Shown here: positions 25,814-38,069 of the stretch, piece by piece
Layout of the letters: each line of letters begins with the position of its first letter
Position numbering within the stretch: the first letter of the stretch is position 1
Source of the DNA: Octopus bimaculoides
Taxonomy: Eukaryota
Assembly (NCBI RefSeq): GCF_001194135.2
Contig: NC_068997.1
Coordinates: 56,076,237-56,118,183, forward strand
Direction of reading: 5' to 3'
DNA length: 41,947 bases
Translations under genes and position numbers: made by a program
The notes under the pieces: model-generated
The model's input: only the letters and a program-made list of their open reading frames with translations
Database searches by the model: none
Told to the model about the DNA's origin: nothing

Positions 25814-26082
25814 TGTATGTATGTATGTATGTATGTATATGTATACACCATTATATGTTCATATCGTATATAACTTTATCTGAATGATGGATTGATGTAA
25901 GAATAACAACAAATTACACCCTGGGTGGAGAGCTAAAATGATATATTGGAAATGATTGCTGTTTATTCACATATTGGAGCGTGCTAATTACGTCCATCTT
26001 CCTGGGGTGTAGTTTGGTCTTATACCTCCAGGTTTTGTGCTCATTGTGTACATACACGTAAACAGACACACACACACACACG

Positions 26083-26113
<31 letters not shown>

Positions 26114-27039
26114 GTGTGTGTGTGTACATATATAATATTTGTATATTACACACTCTCATATAATCATTCATTATATATGCATACATATAATTTTAATAGC
26201 ATAGCCGTAATCCAAAAACTCGTATCACACATAATCTACCATGGTAATATCGATGTTGATATATTATTATCGTCTGCTTCTTCTAAATACCGTATCAGCA
26301 TAATGCCAGATAAAGACACCAACATATAAGAATGACATTAACACACACACACACTCCAAGCAGTTGTAGAAAACCACTATAATCTATAATCTATAGTTTA
26401 ATGTCATTTTATCTTGTTCTATTATGTAACACATTTACACTGCTATTACAATAGTTGAGAAGCGACACACACGTAATGAATGATTAAGATTTCACTGAAA
26501 TATCAACAACGCCTACAAAATACCCTTTAACAATAAACTACTATCAAAATTTATCCATTATAAAGTAATACAATTCAGTCATAATTGAAAAATGGAAAAA
26601 AATTTCCTCAAATTTTTGATGTTACATTTTACGTTTGCATTGGTTTCATAAATATTAAAACTGTCGTTTTATAAGCCGACAGAGTCAATGTCCTCTGTGT
26701 TATTGATATAAATATTGAGATTTCATAATAAAAGTTCTACTGTCGAACTTCTTTTTTATATTTATGTTAATGACAGATTTATCTGTGAATAAAAGGCAAG
26801 TTACAGATTTGATGGAGATAAATCTAGAAACCTGGAATTAAATGTTGCTTATCTTCTTATTGACGCAGGTTACTTTAGGTTTATCTACCTCAGATATCTA
26901 TCAATATTTTTTTAATCAACCCTCACATTCCATTCACCCAGATCACTTTCTTATGTTCACCTTCCTCTAACTTGTGTTTAATACCCTAACACCTCTTTGA
27001 CAATCCCTTCCTTTCCAACTGAAGTAGACATGTATCTCC

Positions 27040-27215
27040 TCTACAACAAGACACCTCTTACTCATTCTCCGTCATACTCTAACCCCTTGTCCTCCGACCT
27101 AAAGTCACCCTTCTCAATACTATGCTCCACTCAGCTGGTGGGGTTTTGTCTTGCAAAGCTACTGAGTGACCTCACTAATGCCAGTGCCATGCAAAAAATG
27201 GCACCCAGTATTGGA
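27040..27215 (+). mobile_element. 5' part of a family C short element
   Basis: caacaagacacctctt...gtgacctcactaatgccagtgccatgcaaaaaatggcacccagta aligns with 40735-40900 (cagcaagacatctctt...gtgacttcactagtgttggtgccacaaaaatgcagtac). Confidence 0.65.
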
Positions 27216-27304
27216 AATGAAGGGCGGCACTTTCAACACCTCTTGTAAATTAGAAAATTACTATTTTTAATCTCACAATGAGAGATAATGGGCAACAGTA
27301 CTTT

Positions 27305-27650
27305 GGAGTAAAGATTATTTGCCAGCATAACATGGCAGTCCTGGTTTAGGACGAATGCTGCTGTAATTTAGCCCCAGGAGACATAGTCTCCAGCTGGCTA
27401 TACGACACGATCTGTGTCCTTAGATTTTCAAACAAGGGAATCTAGCACCCCGACCCCTCAGCTCAAAACAATATCTGTGTATCGTGATATTGTTTTGAGC
27501 TGAATGGAGGTGCTAGATTCCCTTGTTCGAAAATATGACACAGATTGTGTCGTATAGTCAGCTGGAGACGATGTCTCCTGGGGCTAAATGACAGCAGCAT
27601 TCGTCCTAAACCAGGACTGCCATGTTATGTTGGCAAACAATCTTTACACC
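27305..27650. mobile_element. 346-bp fold-back palindrome (MITE-like element)
   Basis: Left arm 27305-27475 versus right arm 27486-27650, with 10-nt loop tgtgtatcgt. Seven substitutions in the first ~110 bp, two 3-nt indel regions, and a perfect stretch of about 39 bp. No clear TSD. Confidence 0.9.
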
Positions 27651-27744
27651 TCTTATAAAGTTTTTTTAAAGTTTTCTAAAGTCTGATATATTCTTTTGCA
27701 GTCTTTTACCATCTTATATTTATTCTGCAATAAAATACTTACTG

Positions 27745-27770
27745 CGGAGAAACTTTTTGAACACCCTGTA
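27745..27770 (-). mobile_element. Possible solo Tc1/mariner-type terminal inverted repeat
   Basis: Reverse complement reads TA|cagggtgttcaaaaagtt, a terminus typical of Tc1/mariner. No partner TIR found. Confidence 0.3.
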
Positions 27771-27802
27771 TTTACCCAGAAAAAAAAATGAGAAAAAATA
27801 CT

Positions 27803-27875
27803 ATCATTGTCATCGTCATCGTCATCGTCATCGTCATTGTCATCGTCGTCGTCATCGTCGTCATCATCATCATTA
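27803..27875. repeat. (TCATCG)n hexamer/triplet microsatellite
   Basis: Read directly from the sequence. Confidence 0.9.
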
Positions 27876-29544
27876 TTGTTTTTATTTTGTCTATTAGAAT
27901 GGTGAACAACAAAATAGGTTGGGTGGTGAAAATTCTTTGTGGTAATTGCGTTTTGAGTTCAAAATAGCACCGAAACCAACATTGCCTTTCATCCTTGAAG
28001 AATCGATAAAATAAAGAACCAGTCAAATATTGGAATGGATTTAATCAATTATATTCTGCCTCAGATTTTGTGGCCTTACGTAAATAAACTGTCAGAAATT
28101 TAATATTGCTTTCTCTATACATTTCGTATCTGTTGAATAACAATAAGTGTGTAAAATATTTAAATTAGGAAATAATACTGCAGTTATGTTAATGTAAATC
28201 ACTTTTACTGACGAATACACGCAACCAGAAATTACTTTCCCGCATTTTTATTCACATGTTTTCCATGGATTTTTGTGATTAACATAGCAATTTCATCATT
28301 AATCACAATGGTAATGATTTCCCCTTTTATGTCGATATTGGTTATTGATTTCTGTTTCCTGTTTATAAACACAAAATAGTTTGATAAATTTCACAAAGGC
28401 CTTACTAACGCATATTCCGAAATGTATTCTGTTCCATTTTACATACTTCCAGATCAGCCTTGATTCTGCAAACTTATGACCAAGTACCTTCCACCAGTGA
28501 CCACTACATCTTATTTTTACATAACTAAGGCTAAATTGTCCAGTGTGATCTTATACCTTATGAAGGCCACTATATTATTTAATTCAAACTAGATGTTATT
28601 TCTTGCAAATTGAGTGACTACATAAATAAAAAACTTCATAACTCATAGAATATTAAATTACTCTTGTGCAAGACCAGTCAAAATAATATTCTTCCATTAT
28701 CGAATTCTTTTGTTCTTTAAATAATGGTATTACCAATAAATTTGCTTGTCGGTCGTACTTTACATCCACATATCTCTATAAACAAAAACAATGCCACAAA
28801 TCTTGGAGGACCTGCAAAAATCATAGGCTCAACTCTTTCCTCCAGACTCACTAAAAAAAGAAAAATATAGACCTGATTTTCTGTGTTGCTGACGCGATAT
28901 GTTGTCTGTTTTCCGATCTGGTCATGTAACGTGTCATTTCCTTAGAGTCACAAGATATACAGTTTATGTCTTATGCATATCTCATTGTCCAATATATCTT
29001 CCGTCTTTCTCTCACTTGTGAACTTAGCTGATTTTTACTGTTCATTTTCTCTCTCTCTCTACCGGCAGTCTATACATATATTACATTTACAATATATATA
29101 TATTTTAACATACATACATGCATACATGAATGCATACATACATACATGCATACATGGCAACATGACTCTAACACAATGTTAAAATTACAAACAAGCTTAC
29201 CCCAAATGGGTCACTAATAAATCTAATGATCAGCGTTCAAGTGCTAACCAAACCATCATTACATCCAAATAAATTAAAGTAACCAGGTTTACTGCAATCA
29301 TAGCAGCTACGCATGCCAATAGCACTTTATAACCAAATGATGGGGTTGTGAAAGTCTAGAAACATTGATAAATAGGATGGCTTTTGGAATCTTCTTCTAA
29401 GGAACGAACTTCAAAGGGCACAAGCGAAAATATAAAGACAAGCTTTATAAAGAATTTACAACAGCATCATAGACGTGTCTTCAATACCAGATGGCTTAAA
29501 GAAAGGCTGTTCTCTTTCTATTTATATATGAATAATTCACATAC

Positions 29545-29698
29545 GGGCGTGGCTGAGTGGTAAAACGCTTGCTTATCAACCACATGGTTCCAGGTTCAGT
29601 TCCACTGCTTGACAACTTGGGCAAGTGTCTTCTACTTTGACCTCGGGGTGACTAAAGCCTTGTGAGTGGAGTTGGTAGATGGAAACTGAAAGAAACCT

Positions 29699-29737
<39 letters not shown>

Positions 29738-29940
29738 GTGTGTCTTTATTTCTGTGTTTCTCCACCTCACCCCTGCTTCTGTGTTTATGTCCCTGTAACT
29801 TAGAGGATGTGCAAAAGCAACCGATAAAATAAGTACCAGGCTTATAAAAAATAAATATCGGGGTCAATACATTCGACTAAAAATTCTTCAACATGGTGCT
29901 CCAACATGGCAACAGTCTTATGACTGAAACAAGGAAAAGA
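29545..29940 (+). mobile_element. Near full-length tRNA-derived SINE (family A) with internal (TA)n
   Basis: gggcgtggctgagtggtaa (A-box-like), caggttcagttcc (B-box-like), acttgggcaagtgtcttctac (resembles the CORE-SINE ttgcccaagg motif in reverse), (TA)n at 29701-29732, then 3' module gataaaataagtaccaggctt...ggggtcaatacattcgact...catggcaacagtc. Confidence 0.9.
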
Positions 29941-30248
29941 GGAAAGGTAAACAATACACACAAATTTGCAATGTCTGTTGTCTTTTTTTTTTTTCTGTGT
30001 TGCTATATATTTTATTTATTTATACTTATGTATATAATGCATACATACAAGTACTTCTCTCCATCTCTCTCTCCCTCTCCCTTTCTTCTCTCAGTATTTT
30101 GAAGCATCTGCCTTCCATTTGTTCTTCCTCTTGGCAACAATCGACTTTCTATTATCTCACACAGGCACAAACATGTGTATGCGTACTCTACGTTTCTCAC
30201 AAACATGCATTCTAATATATATTCTGTATTTTGACATTCACTATATTA

Positions 30249-30284
<36 letters not shown>

Positions 30285-30854
30285 ATAAAAACAACAATAA
30301 ACTTTGATTTAAATGCTTCTTCATTAAAAAGACAATGCAGCAATACTTGTGTTCTTCCTCATTTTTGCGTTTTTTTGTTTTTTTTCCATTGGCTAAAACA
30401 CTTCAGCCATTTCTCATGATTTCTTTAACTAAAAACCGATGCTATTTTTCATTGTTCATGTTTCCATTGTGTGATAACTAAACTTAAATGACATCACTAA
30501 ACATAAACGCGGACAAAGAACTTCTGTTTAATGATTTCTTTGATCACTAAAATCTGTTAGTTTTTATGATTATTTCTTCTTTTGAGTGAAAAGGATTCTA
30601 GGAATGATTTTATTGAATTTCTTTCTCTTCGGTATGTAATCTTTGATTTTATATCGATTACAAGCTAGAATGGTTTCCAAAAGAGTTGCATTGGCCCTCT
30701 TGCTAGATGCCACGATGGTGAATAATTCAATAGACATAATCCAGGGTTAGCGACAGCACCTGGTACTTGGGTAACTTTAGAAGAGTCTGTTCTGTTGTTA
30801 TTATTTGGGACCAAATTTATAAAGTCTGATGTTAATTTCCTCTTTTCATCTTAC

Positions 30855-30906
30855 CAATTCATAGGGGAAAAGATGTCAAAAAAGTTTTTAGTGTTGCCAT
30901 CCTCCT
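30855..30906 (-). CDS. Candidate 52-nt coding exon (xEDGNTKNFFDIFSPMNx), gene unknown
   Basis: Minus-strand acceptor tttatttctatatattttcatcag and donor TTG|GTAAGA. One frame is open across the exon. Confidence 0.35.
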
Positions 30907-31936
30907 CTGATGAAAATATATAGAAATAAATACAATATTAATTCACACGGTTAGACATAGTGTAAATGATGATAAAAACCAAAGATGCTCTTATTGTAAT
31001 TTAAATCCAGGACACAAGTAGCTGTATTAAATTTTCTAATAAATTTATAGATCCCAAACTGAAGAAACTGCAAAATATTTGTCTTAAATCGTAATTCTAA
31101 TTTAAAAAAATAATTACTCTCAACAGAGAAGAGAATCCTAAAATAACTAAAAGGTGAATATTAATTATAAACAGTTTAGAATTCCTTAATAAGTGAGGCA
31201 ACGCTTGATCTTTAAGTGGGGATATTCTTATCAAGAGTAGTAGTGGTCATTATAGTTGTAATCAAGGTAGTGATGGTCATTATAATGATGTAGTGGTGGT
31301 GGTGGTGGTAGTGGTAATTACTTTGTTGTTGGTGCTGTTGTTTGGCCATAGTTCTGCTTTAATCTAACAGACCAATTATCATGTTTTCCAATTGTGACCA
31401 TCCCGTATTGTATTCAGACATAGTGTGGTTTGAGAGTGATTTGGCTGCTATCTCTGGTATTTTGATCAACCAAATTGCTTTAATGCTTGTTTGTTAACTG
31501 ATGATTGTGTTGCAGCTGTTGTTTATTCCAAATAACTCAGATTTAAAAAGTTTGTAACTAAAGGAATTCCAGCCATGACAATGTCATAGATTTCTTGTTA
31601 TCTAATGTCATCTTTCTTTTACAAAGATTGTAGAGTCTCCCTTGGGTTGGATTTGGTTGCTGTTTCTATTAAGTCGAATGACCATATAAAGGCTCCACCA
31701 CTGACTCGAGGCAATAATCTTGGAGGATGTGCTGAGAATATTGATGAAGTGTGAAACTCTGGAAACACAACAACTAATAGCGTTTCTGCCCTGAAAACCT
31801 TCACAACTCAAACATTCAATGGAAGAGAATATTAAATTAAAGCCTGACGGCTTTACACAGTTCAAATTTTAGAGCATTTTCTCTTTTCAGAGAAGCACCA
31901 AATTTCTGTAACAGATGGTTGTGACACCGATTCTAT

Positions 31937-32040
31937 ACTCTCTCTCTCTCCCCCTCTTTCTTTCCCTCTCTCTCACTTTCTTTATCCCTCCCCTTCTCCC
32001 CCCCCTCTCTCTCTCTTTCTCCTTACTTCTCTCTGTTTCT
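31937..32040. repeat. Degenerate (CT)n polypyrimidine tract
   Basis: Read directly from the sequence. Confidence 0.9.
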
Positions 32041-32353
32041 GTCTACCCTTCTCACTTGCTTTCAACATAAATATACTCTACTATTTCTGCAAACCAAATC
32101 TCTCTTGAACCTCCTACACTCTCTTTGGCAATCATCATCATCACCATTATTATTATTATTATTATCATTCTTGACTCATTATGTGAAGATTTTTGCTTCT
32201 CCCTTTGAAACATATCTTATTCAAGCTTTACCAAATGAAATTTTCTTTGGAGTAGTTGAAAAACCAAAATGATAAATGCCTTAAGAAGGCCTATCCTTGA
32301 TCCCTGAGGGCAGAGAACAGAAAAGAGAAGTTTGTGAAGCATATATACACACA

Positions 32354-32385
<32 letters not shown>

Positions 32386-32605
32386 TGTGTTTGTGTTTGT
32401 CCCCCACTCCTGCTTGACAACCAGTGTTGGTGTGTTTACATCCCCATAAGTTAATGGTTTGGCAAAAAAGATTGATAGAATAAGTACCAGGTTTTAAAAA
32501 AAGAAACCAATACTGGGGTTGATTCACTCAACTAAACATTCTTCAAGGCAGTGCCCCAGCATGGCCACAGTCAACTGATTGAAATATGTATAAGAGAAAA
32601 GATAG
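32354..32605 (+). mobile_element. 3' module of SINE family A preceded by (TG)n; head absent
   Basis: ttgtgtttgtccccc...gttggtgtgtttacatcccc...gatagaataagtaccagg...cagtgccccagcatggccacagtc aligns with 35110-35320. Confidence 0.85.
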
Positions 32606-33548
32606 ATATATCACTATAATATTTGTCAGCCAGTACATGGCATAGGTTGGCCTTGGGCTAAAGCAAAAGACAGTCAAACAGCGGGGCTGAACTGGAAACC
32701 TTGAGTTTGTCTATAACTGATTAAAAATATGTTTACAAAAGAAATGAACCACATCTAATTTCCCCATATATGATGAAAGAAGTTTGATATTTGCCCCAGT
32801 ATGGCCACAGTCCAGTGATCAGAACGACTAAGGGAAGATACGATCATTGCAAATATAAAATTTTATAGCAGCAAACTAATTGTGCACTAATTCATTAAGC
32901 CAGCATTTAACTCACACTGTCTCCTCAGCAGGATTCTCACTCTTGTTCGATTTCAAATTAAAGCATTTAATGTTTAATTTCAGCTAAAATGAAATTTTGG
33001 AGAAGTCTAACATCATTAAAGCTAAACACATATTTTAAAATGTTTTTTTAAGGCTTTTTTTTTATTTACATTGAAAGTAACACTATTTTTAATGCTTTAT
33101 AAATATTTTGAAGTAGTATTAGCACATTTTGAAGTATTAAAATGTTAACAGTTGTTTAATACAAGTAAATAGGAGTGAAAGAAAAAACATTCACAATACA
33201 AACCAAGAGGATATATTTACAATATTTTCCTGGAATCACATTGGTTTTACAAATTTTGCTATGTCACTTGTGCTAAGCTACATGATTTCCATTTGTGTGG
33301 AAGTGAAACTTTCATAATAAACCAGTTTAATGCTAGAAAACTCTATGTTCACACTGATTGTACTTAATAAAGAGAGAAAAAAATGCAGCTTCATTTTATT
33401 ATATTTCCTGTGAAAAGAAAAACTGACACGATTCAATTCTAATGCAATTTTAATTTTAATTTTATTTTTACTTTTACAAAAATATTGTATTTAGCTTAGA
33501 TATACACACATTATACGTATATAATATACATACTTATATACATACACT

Positions 33549-33579
<31 letters not shown>

Positions 33580-34911
33580 GTATATATCATACCTGAAATG
33601 ATAGTGTGTTTAAAATCTATAGAATTTGTGAGTTAATGTCAGGTTATCTAGTATGGTACTCAAGTATGTGTGTGTGAGCATGCATGTATGTATATAAATA
33701 TGTATGTATGTATGTGTATATAAGATTAAAATATGCTTGCAAACTAACACTAACTTTAGAATTCTATTGATTTTTAAATAGTCATTTGAGGTATGATCTT
33801 ATATACATACATGGATGTATATATATTTATATATATATGTGTGTGTATATATATATCCTCATGCACCCCCCCCCCACACACACACACACATGAAAATGCA
33901 CTCTTCTTGCATGTGGCAAGTTTAGTTAACTCGTGATATGAAACTGGTTGAAATCATCATCTCCAGGAATTTGTATTAATGCCAAAATATCTAAGACTAT
34001 ATTTTGTTAAGATTATAATTTTTCAAACCATTGACCGCATTAAAAGAGATAAAATATATTATTTCAAAATTTGCATCTACACTAGATATTGATTGCATTG
34101 AATTCTGATCACCATGTATCCATGTGTGTATGATGGTATACAATGATTTGAGATGGAATCTCTGTCCTAAACACTAAACTTGTTCTTGTTTCCTTACTAT
34201 GATCATTCACCTCGAAATACCTCACTTAAAATGTTCCCTAATCTTTGGTCCTTCCTCTCAAATGAAGACCTCTTCAATCTTAAAAGTCATGTGAGGGCTT
34301 TGTTACTGCTGAGGCCACGAGGGAAGAAAAAAGTAATAAACTCTGTAAAATGTTTGGAATTTGAAAGGTCATTCAGTCATAGAAGTCAAGTGAAAATTGT
34401 AAAATTAGAACGAGATGTGGTCCTTTGACTTGCCAGATTCCGCTGAAAAATCGAACTCTTGCTGCCACAGAAAGAAGGTGTAAAATGATGATGATGAGGA
34501 GGAGGAGGAAAATGACGACAACGATGATGATGATGGTGATGGTGACTATGATGAGGCGATTAGAAATGAAACCAATCAAAATGTAGTATTGATGTATCAA
34601 ATGTTTTTCTCTCGTAAGTTGAAGTTAATAGTTTATCCAATTTAAATTAATGTTTTACTGGAAATATATAATGGCTTTGAATTAAAAACTATTCTCAACA
34701 ATAGAGACAGGGGTTTCTTGTCTGCACTTTTACTTGTTGCAAGTGTCAGAGTGTAAAAAAACAAGAGTGTCTAAATGAAACTAATCAATGATCTGACAAG
34801 AAAAGACAAGATTTATAATTGTGTATCATGTATTGTGGAACATACATCGAAACGTAGTTTAATTGAGGTCAGATAAAAGAAGCTGATAAACACAAGACAA
34901 ATAATAAGCAT

Positions 34912-35059
34912 AGCCATGGCTGTGTGGTTAGATACCAATCACATAGTTCTGGGTTCAGTCCCATAGCATGGCATCCAAGGTGAGTCTCTTTTACTAGGGT
35001 CTCAATTCAACCAAACACCTGTGAGAGGATTTGGTGGATAGAAAATGAATGAAGGCCAC

Positions 35060-35110
<51 letters not shown>

Positions 35111-35324
35111 ATATTTGTGCTTGTCCCCCACCATTGCCTGATGACCAATGATGGTTCGTTTATCTCCCTGTAACTTAACAGTTTGGCAAAAGAGACTGAT
35201 AGAATAAGTATCAAGCTTAAACAAATACATAAGTACTGGGATCAATTCATTCAACAAAAAGTTCTTCAAGGCAGTGCCCCAGAATGGCCACATTCTAATG
35301 AGTGAAACAAGTAAAGGATAAAAT
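34912..35324 (+). mobile_element. Near full-length tRNA-derived SINE (family A) with internal (TG)n
   Basis: ggctgtgtggtta (A-box-like), gggttcagtccc (B-box-like), body, (TG)n at 35062-35108 and complete 3' module. Confidence 0.9.
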
Positions 35325-35339
35325 ACAAAAGCTAAATTG

Positions 35340-35550
35340 ATAGCAGAGTATTAGAAGAGTTTTCTGGATGATTGAGCAGCCAGGATTCAGGGCAAGCCGA
35401 ACACACGGAAGTGTAAAGAGTGGGGTTGTTCTGAGCTTGTTGCTTCATGTTTTCAAGGGTCCCAATGAAAAGGATGAATAATAGGGAGTTGAATGGTTCA
35501 GCAACAGGATTGCTCGTGTCATCGATGCGCAGAGCGTAGAAGGGCAGTCA
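35340..35550 (-). mobile_element. Possible Penelope-like RT remnant
   Basis: Minus frame FYALRIDDTSNPVAEPFNSLLFILFIGTLEN...NPTLYTSV loosely resembles YxRYVDDTF...LNSLHPSLxFT...TSVYRK. Weak. Confidence 0.3.
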
Positions 35551-35902
35551 TGTGTGGTATATGTCATCAGATTTGCAGAGAACGGCAGAACACAATGTTT
35601 ACAAGAGATTTACACACTTGGTTGGTGAGGTTAGTGAACCATGCAATAAATGGGTTTGTAACAATTGACTCAAACGTGCAGTAGTAAAAGTTCTGTCATG
35701 CATCATTGATCAATCTGAATTCCTTTAATTTCCAAAGGAAATAGAGGCGTTGCTGTTTTTTTCTTCTTCTTCTCTGCTGCTGAGTTGCATAAATTATGAA
35801 ACCCGAAAAGGTTGTTTGATGTCCACACATCCAGCAAAAAGTAAGGGAAGAACAATCTAACCACGGCATTTATATCACTGCACAAAAAGAAGAAAGTAAG
35901 TA

Positions 35903-35904
<2 letters not shown>

Positions 35905-35970
<66 letters not shown>
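35905..35970. repeat. (TA)n microsatellite; similar long tract at 39700-39860
   Basis: Read directly from the sequence. Confidence 0.97.
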
Positions 35971-35976
<6 letters not shown>

Positions 35977-36409
35977 GCTGAATAATATATATATATTTAT
36001 ATATGTATGTATGCACATGTCTGTGTGTCTGTATGTGTGTATACATGCACATCTACACTCACGTACACACTCACGTACACACACAGAGACACACACATAT
36101 TCCAAAGGGTGACAGGTTCAAATAGAAGTTGTGTCCGGCCACTTAGAATGAAGTATTCAAAGATAAATCTGAGAGGGAATAAATATTTAATCCATAATCA
36201 TCACTCCACCAAAATACATTTTGTCAGCCTATTAGGGATTAATTATTTACACACACTCGCGCGCGCACACACACGCGCACACGCACACACATAACATATG
36301 ATATCTATTTATCAAGCTATCTATAGTTCTTCCTCTCTCTCTCTCACTCTCTCATGCACACTGTGCGTGTGCATATGTGTCTCTGTGTGTGTGTATGTAA
36401 ATATATATA

Positions 36410-36550
36410 TTCTTTTATTTGTGTCAGTCGTTTGACTGTGGCCATGCTGGGGCACTGGCTTTATGGGTTTTAGTCAAACAACTTGACCCCCAGGTCTTAT
36501 ATTTTAAGCCTAGTACTTATTCTGTCAGTCTCTTTTGCTGAACTGCTAAT
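36410..36550 (-). mobile_element. 3' module of SINE family A, inverted
   Basis: gactgtggccatgctggggcactg...ttagtcaaacaacttgaccccc...aagcctagtacttattctgtc is the reverse complement of the module at 32480-32575 and 35190-35300. Confidence 0.85.
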
Positions 36551-38069
36551 TTGTTCTTAGATAAGCAAAACAATTGTTTCATTTCAGACAAAGTGTATCA
36601 AGGACAACATTATCAAATGTGTACTTTGTTTTTCTAAGACTGTAGGGTATGATTTGCAGAAGATTTGGCTGTTATTTCTAGCAGTTTCTTTTAGAAACTG
36701 CATTAATGGTTTAAGTATTTAGTTAGTGAAAGACAGAGCTTGTGTGTGTGTGTGTTTTATAGAAAAGAAAAGAGCTATACAGTGGTAAAAATAGTCAAAT
36801 GGCTTGTAGTATTGTTTGGTAAGGCTGCATGCTCTGTGTTCAATTCCTGCTGAAACCAATATAGTTGGAGTCGATTGCAAAAAGGAATTGCATGCAAGTC
36901 CCAGCATGAAGTAATGCATCATATTTATACAATTGATATAAGGATGAAGATGTGATGATTGTGATGATGATGGTAGTCAGGAGGAGTGGGGGAGGAAGAT
37001 GATGATCATACTTATGGAAATGAGGATCTTTGATCAAAAAACAAAGAGATCCTTATTTTGTAGCAGTACTTAGTGTTTGAGACTGCATCAGCCCAATAAA
37101 CGACAGCAATGATATCTCAGGTAATTTTAGCCAATGGCTGTTCAGGTATATTTGTGTGTTGAGAGTAACAGAAAATGGCCTGTAGTTTCACACCAAATGA
37201 TGGTTATAAATTGATATTCTCAGGAAATACAAATCACAGTGAGGTGGGGGGTGAACGAGAGTGAGGACTTGCAGAGGATGGTAGAGGTTACCTTGGTTCA
37301 CTGGTAGCTATGCCACTTTTCAACCTCATGTTAAATCCCCCTCTGCCCTCACCAAATATGCAGTTTTACATTTTCCCCCTCCTCCCAAATCTACATTCTC
37401 ACACAAGCTACAGGCATTCATCATAACAGCCTTTGGTAGTTAACCTTTGAATTGTCAACATGGAGATGAAAAGGATTTGTTCAAACTGAAAAAAGTGTGA
37501 TTGGCTTTGTGGGAAACATGAGCCAGACCAAATTCTCAGTTCCCAGCTAACTAAGCTGGAACTTTATAGAATAATATTCACTATACCATAGAACTAAACA
37601 CGGCACTCAACAGACCATTCCTTCTTTCTCTATAACTACCTAAGACTATATTATTCAATGTGTCCTTTAGGTTTTTGTATTATCCTTTTTATGATGGTAG
37701 GATGTGGTTTTAGAGAAATTTAGCTAGTATTTCTTGCATATCAAACGACCTCATGGAGGTACCATCATTGGCTCACCTCTTCACCAGTTCTTTTTGTTGT
37801 TGGGCAAAAACATTTAAGATATTGACTTAGCACTGATTAAATTCTTTTGATCATTTTATATTTATTTATTTCTCAAGAAAGTCAAACAGAAAATATTATA
37901 TATATTACCTTATTGTTTTCAATTTATTTATCTGTAATTAATAAATTTGTAAATTTGATAATTCTCATTAAGAATTCTTGATCTTATTTATATATCAGTG
38001 AAGTCAATATTATTTCTTAGAATCGGTAAATTATTGGACAAAATGGTTAATGAAATATCAGTACATTTA

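Larger units (their letters stand above)
24700..29500. promoter_or_regulatory. CpG-retaining block (possible unmethylated regulatory or intergenic region); perfect CRE motif TGACGTCA at 25008-25015
   Basis: By-eye CpG counts: about 15 in 24700-25300, about 13 in 26200-26900, about 17 in 28000-29000, versus about 2 in 13700-14400 and about 4 in 20000-20700. The regulatory role is inferred only. Confidence 0.35.

Noticed and set aside
28250-28520. Possible DDE transposase remnant on the minus strand
   Set aside because: No catalytic motif could be aligned convincingly.
34180-34428. 82-aa + ORF and an overlapping minus exon-like unit
   Set aside because: No recognisable domain, no good + splice sites, and the minus unit is closed in all frames.
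37059-37116. Plus-strand segment YLVFETASAQ with a CAG|GTAATT donor
   Set aside because: A stop precedes the donor in that frame and the other frames are closed.
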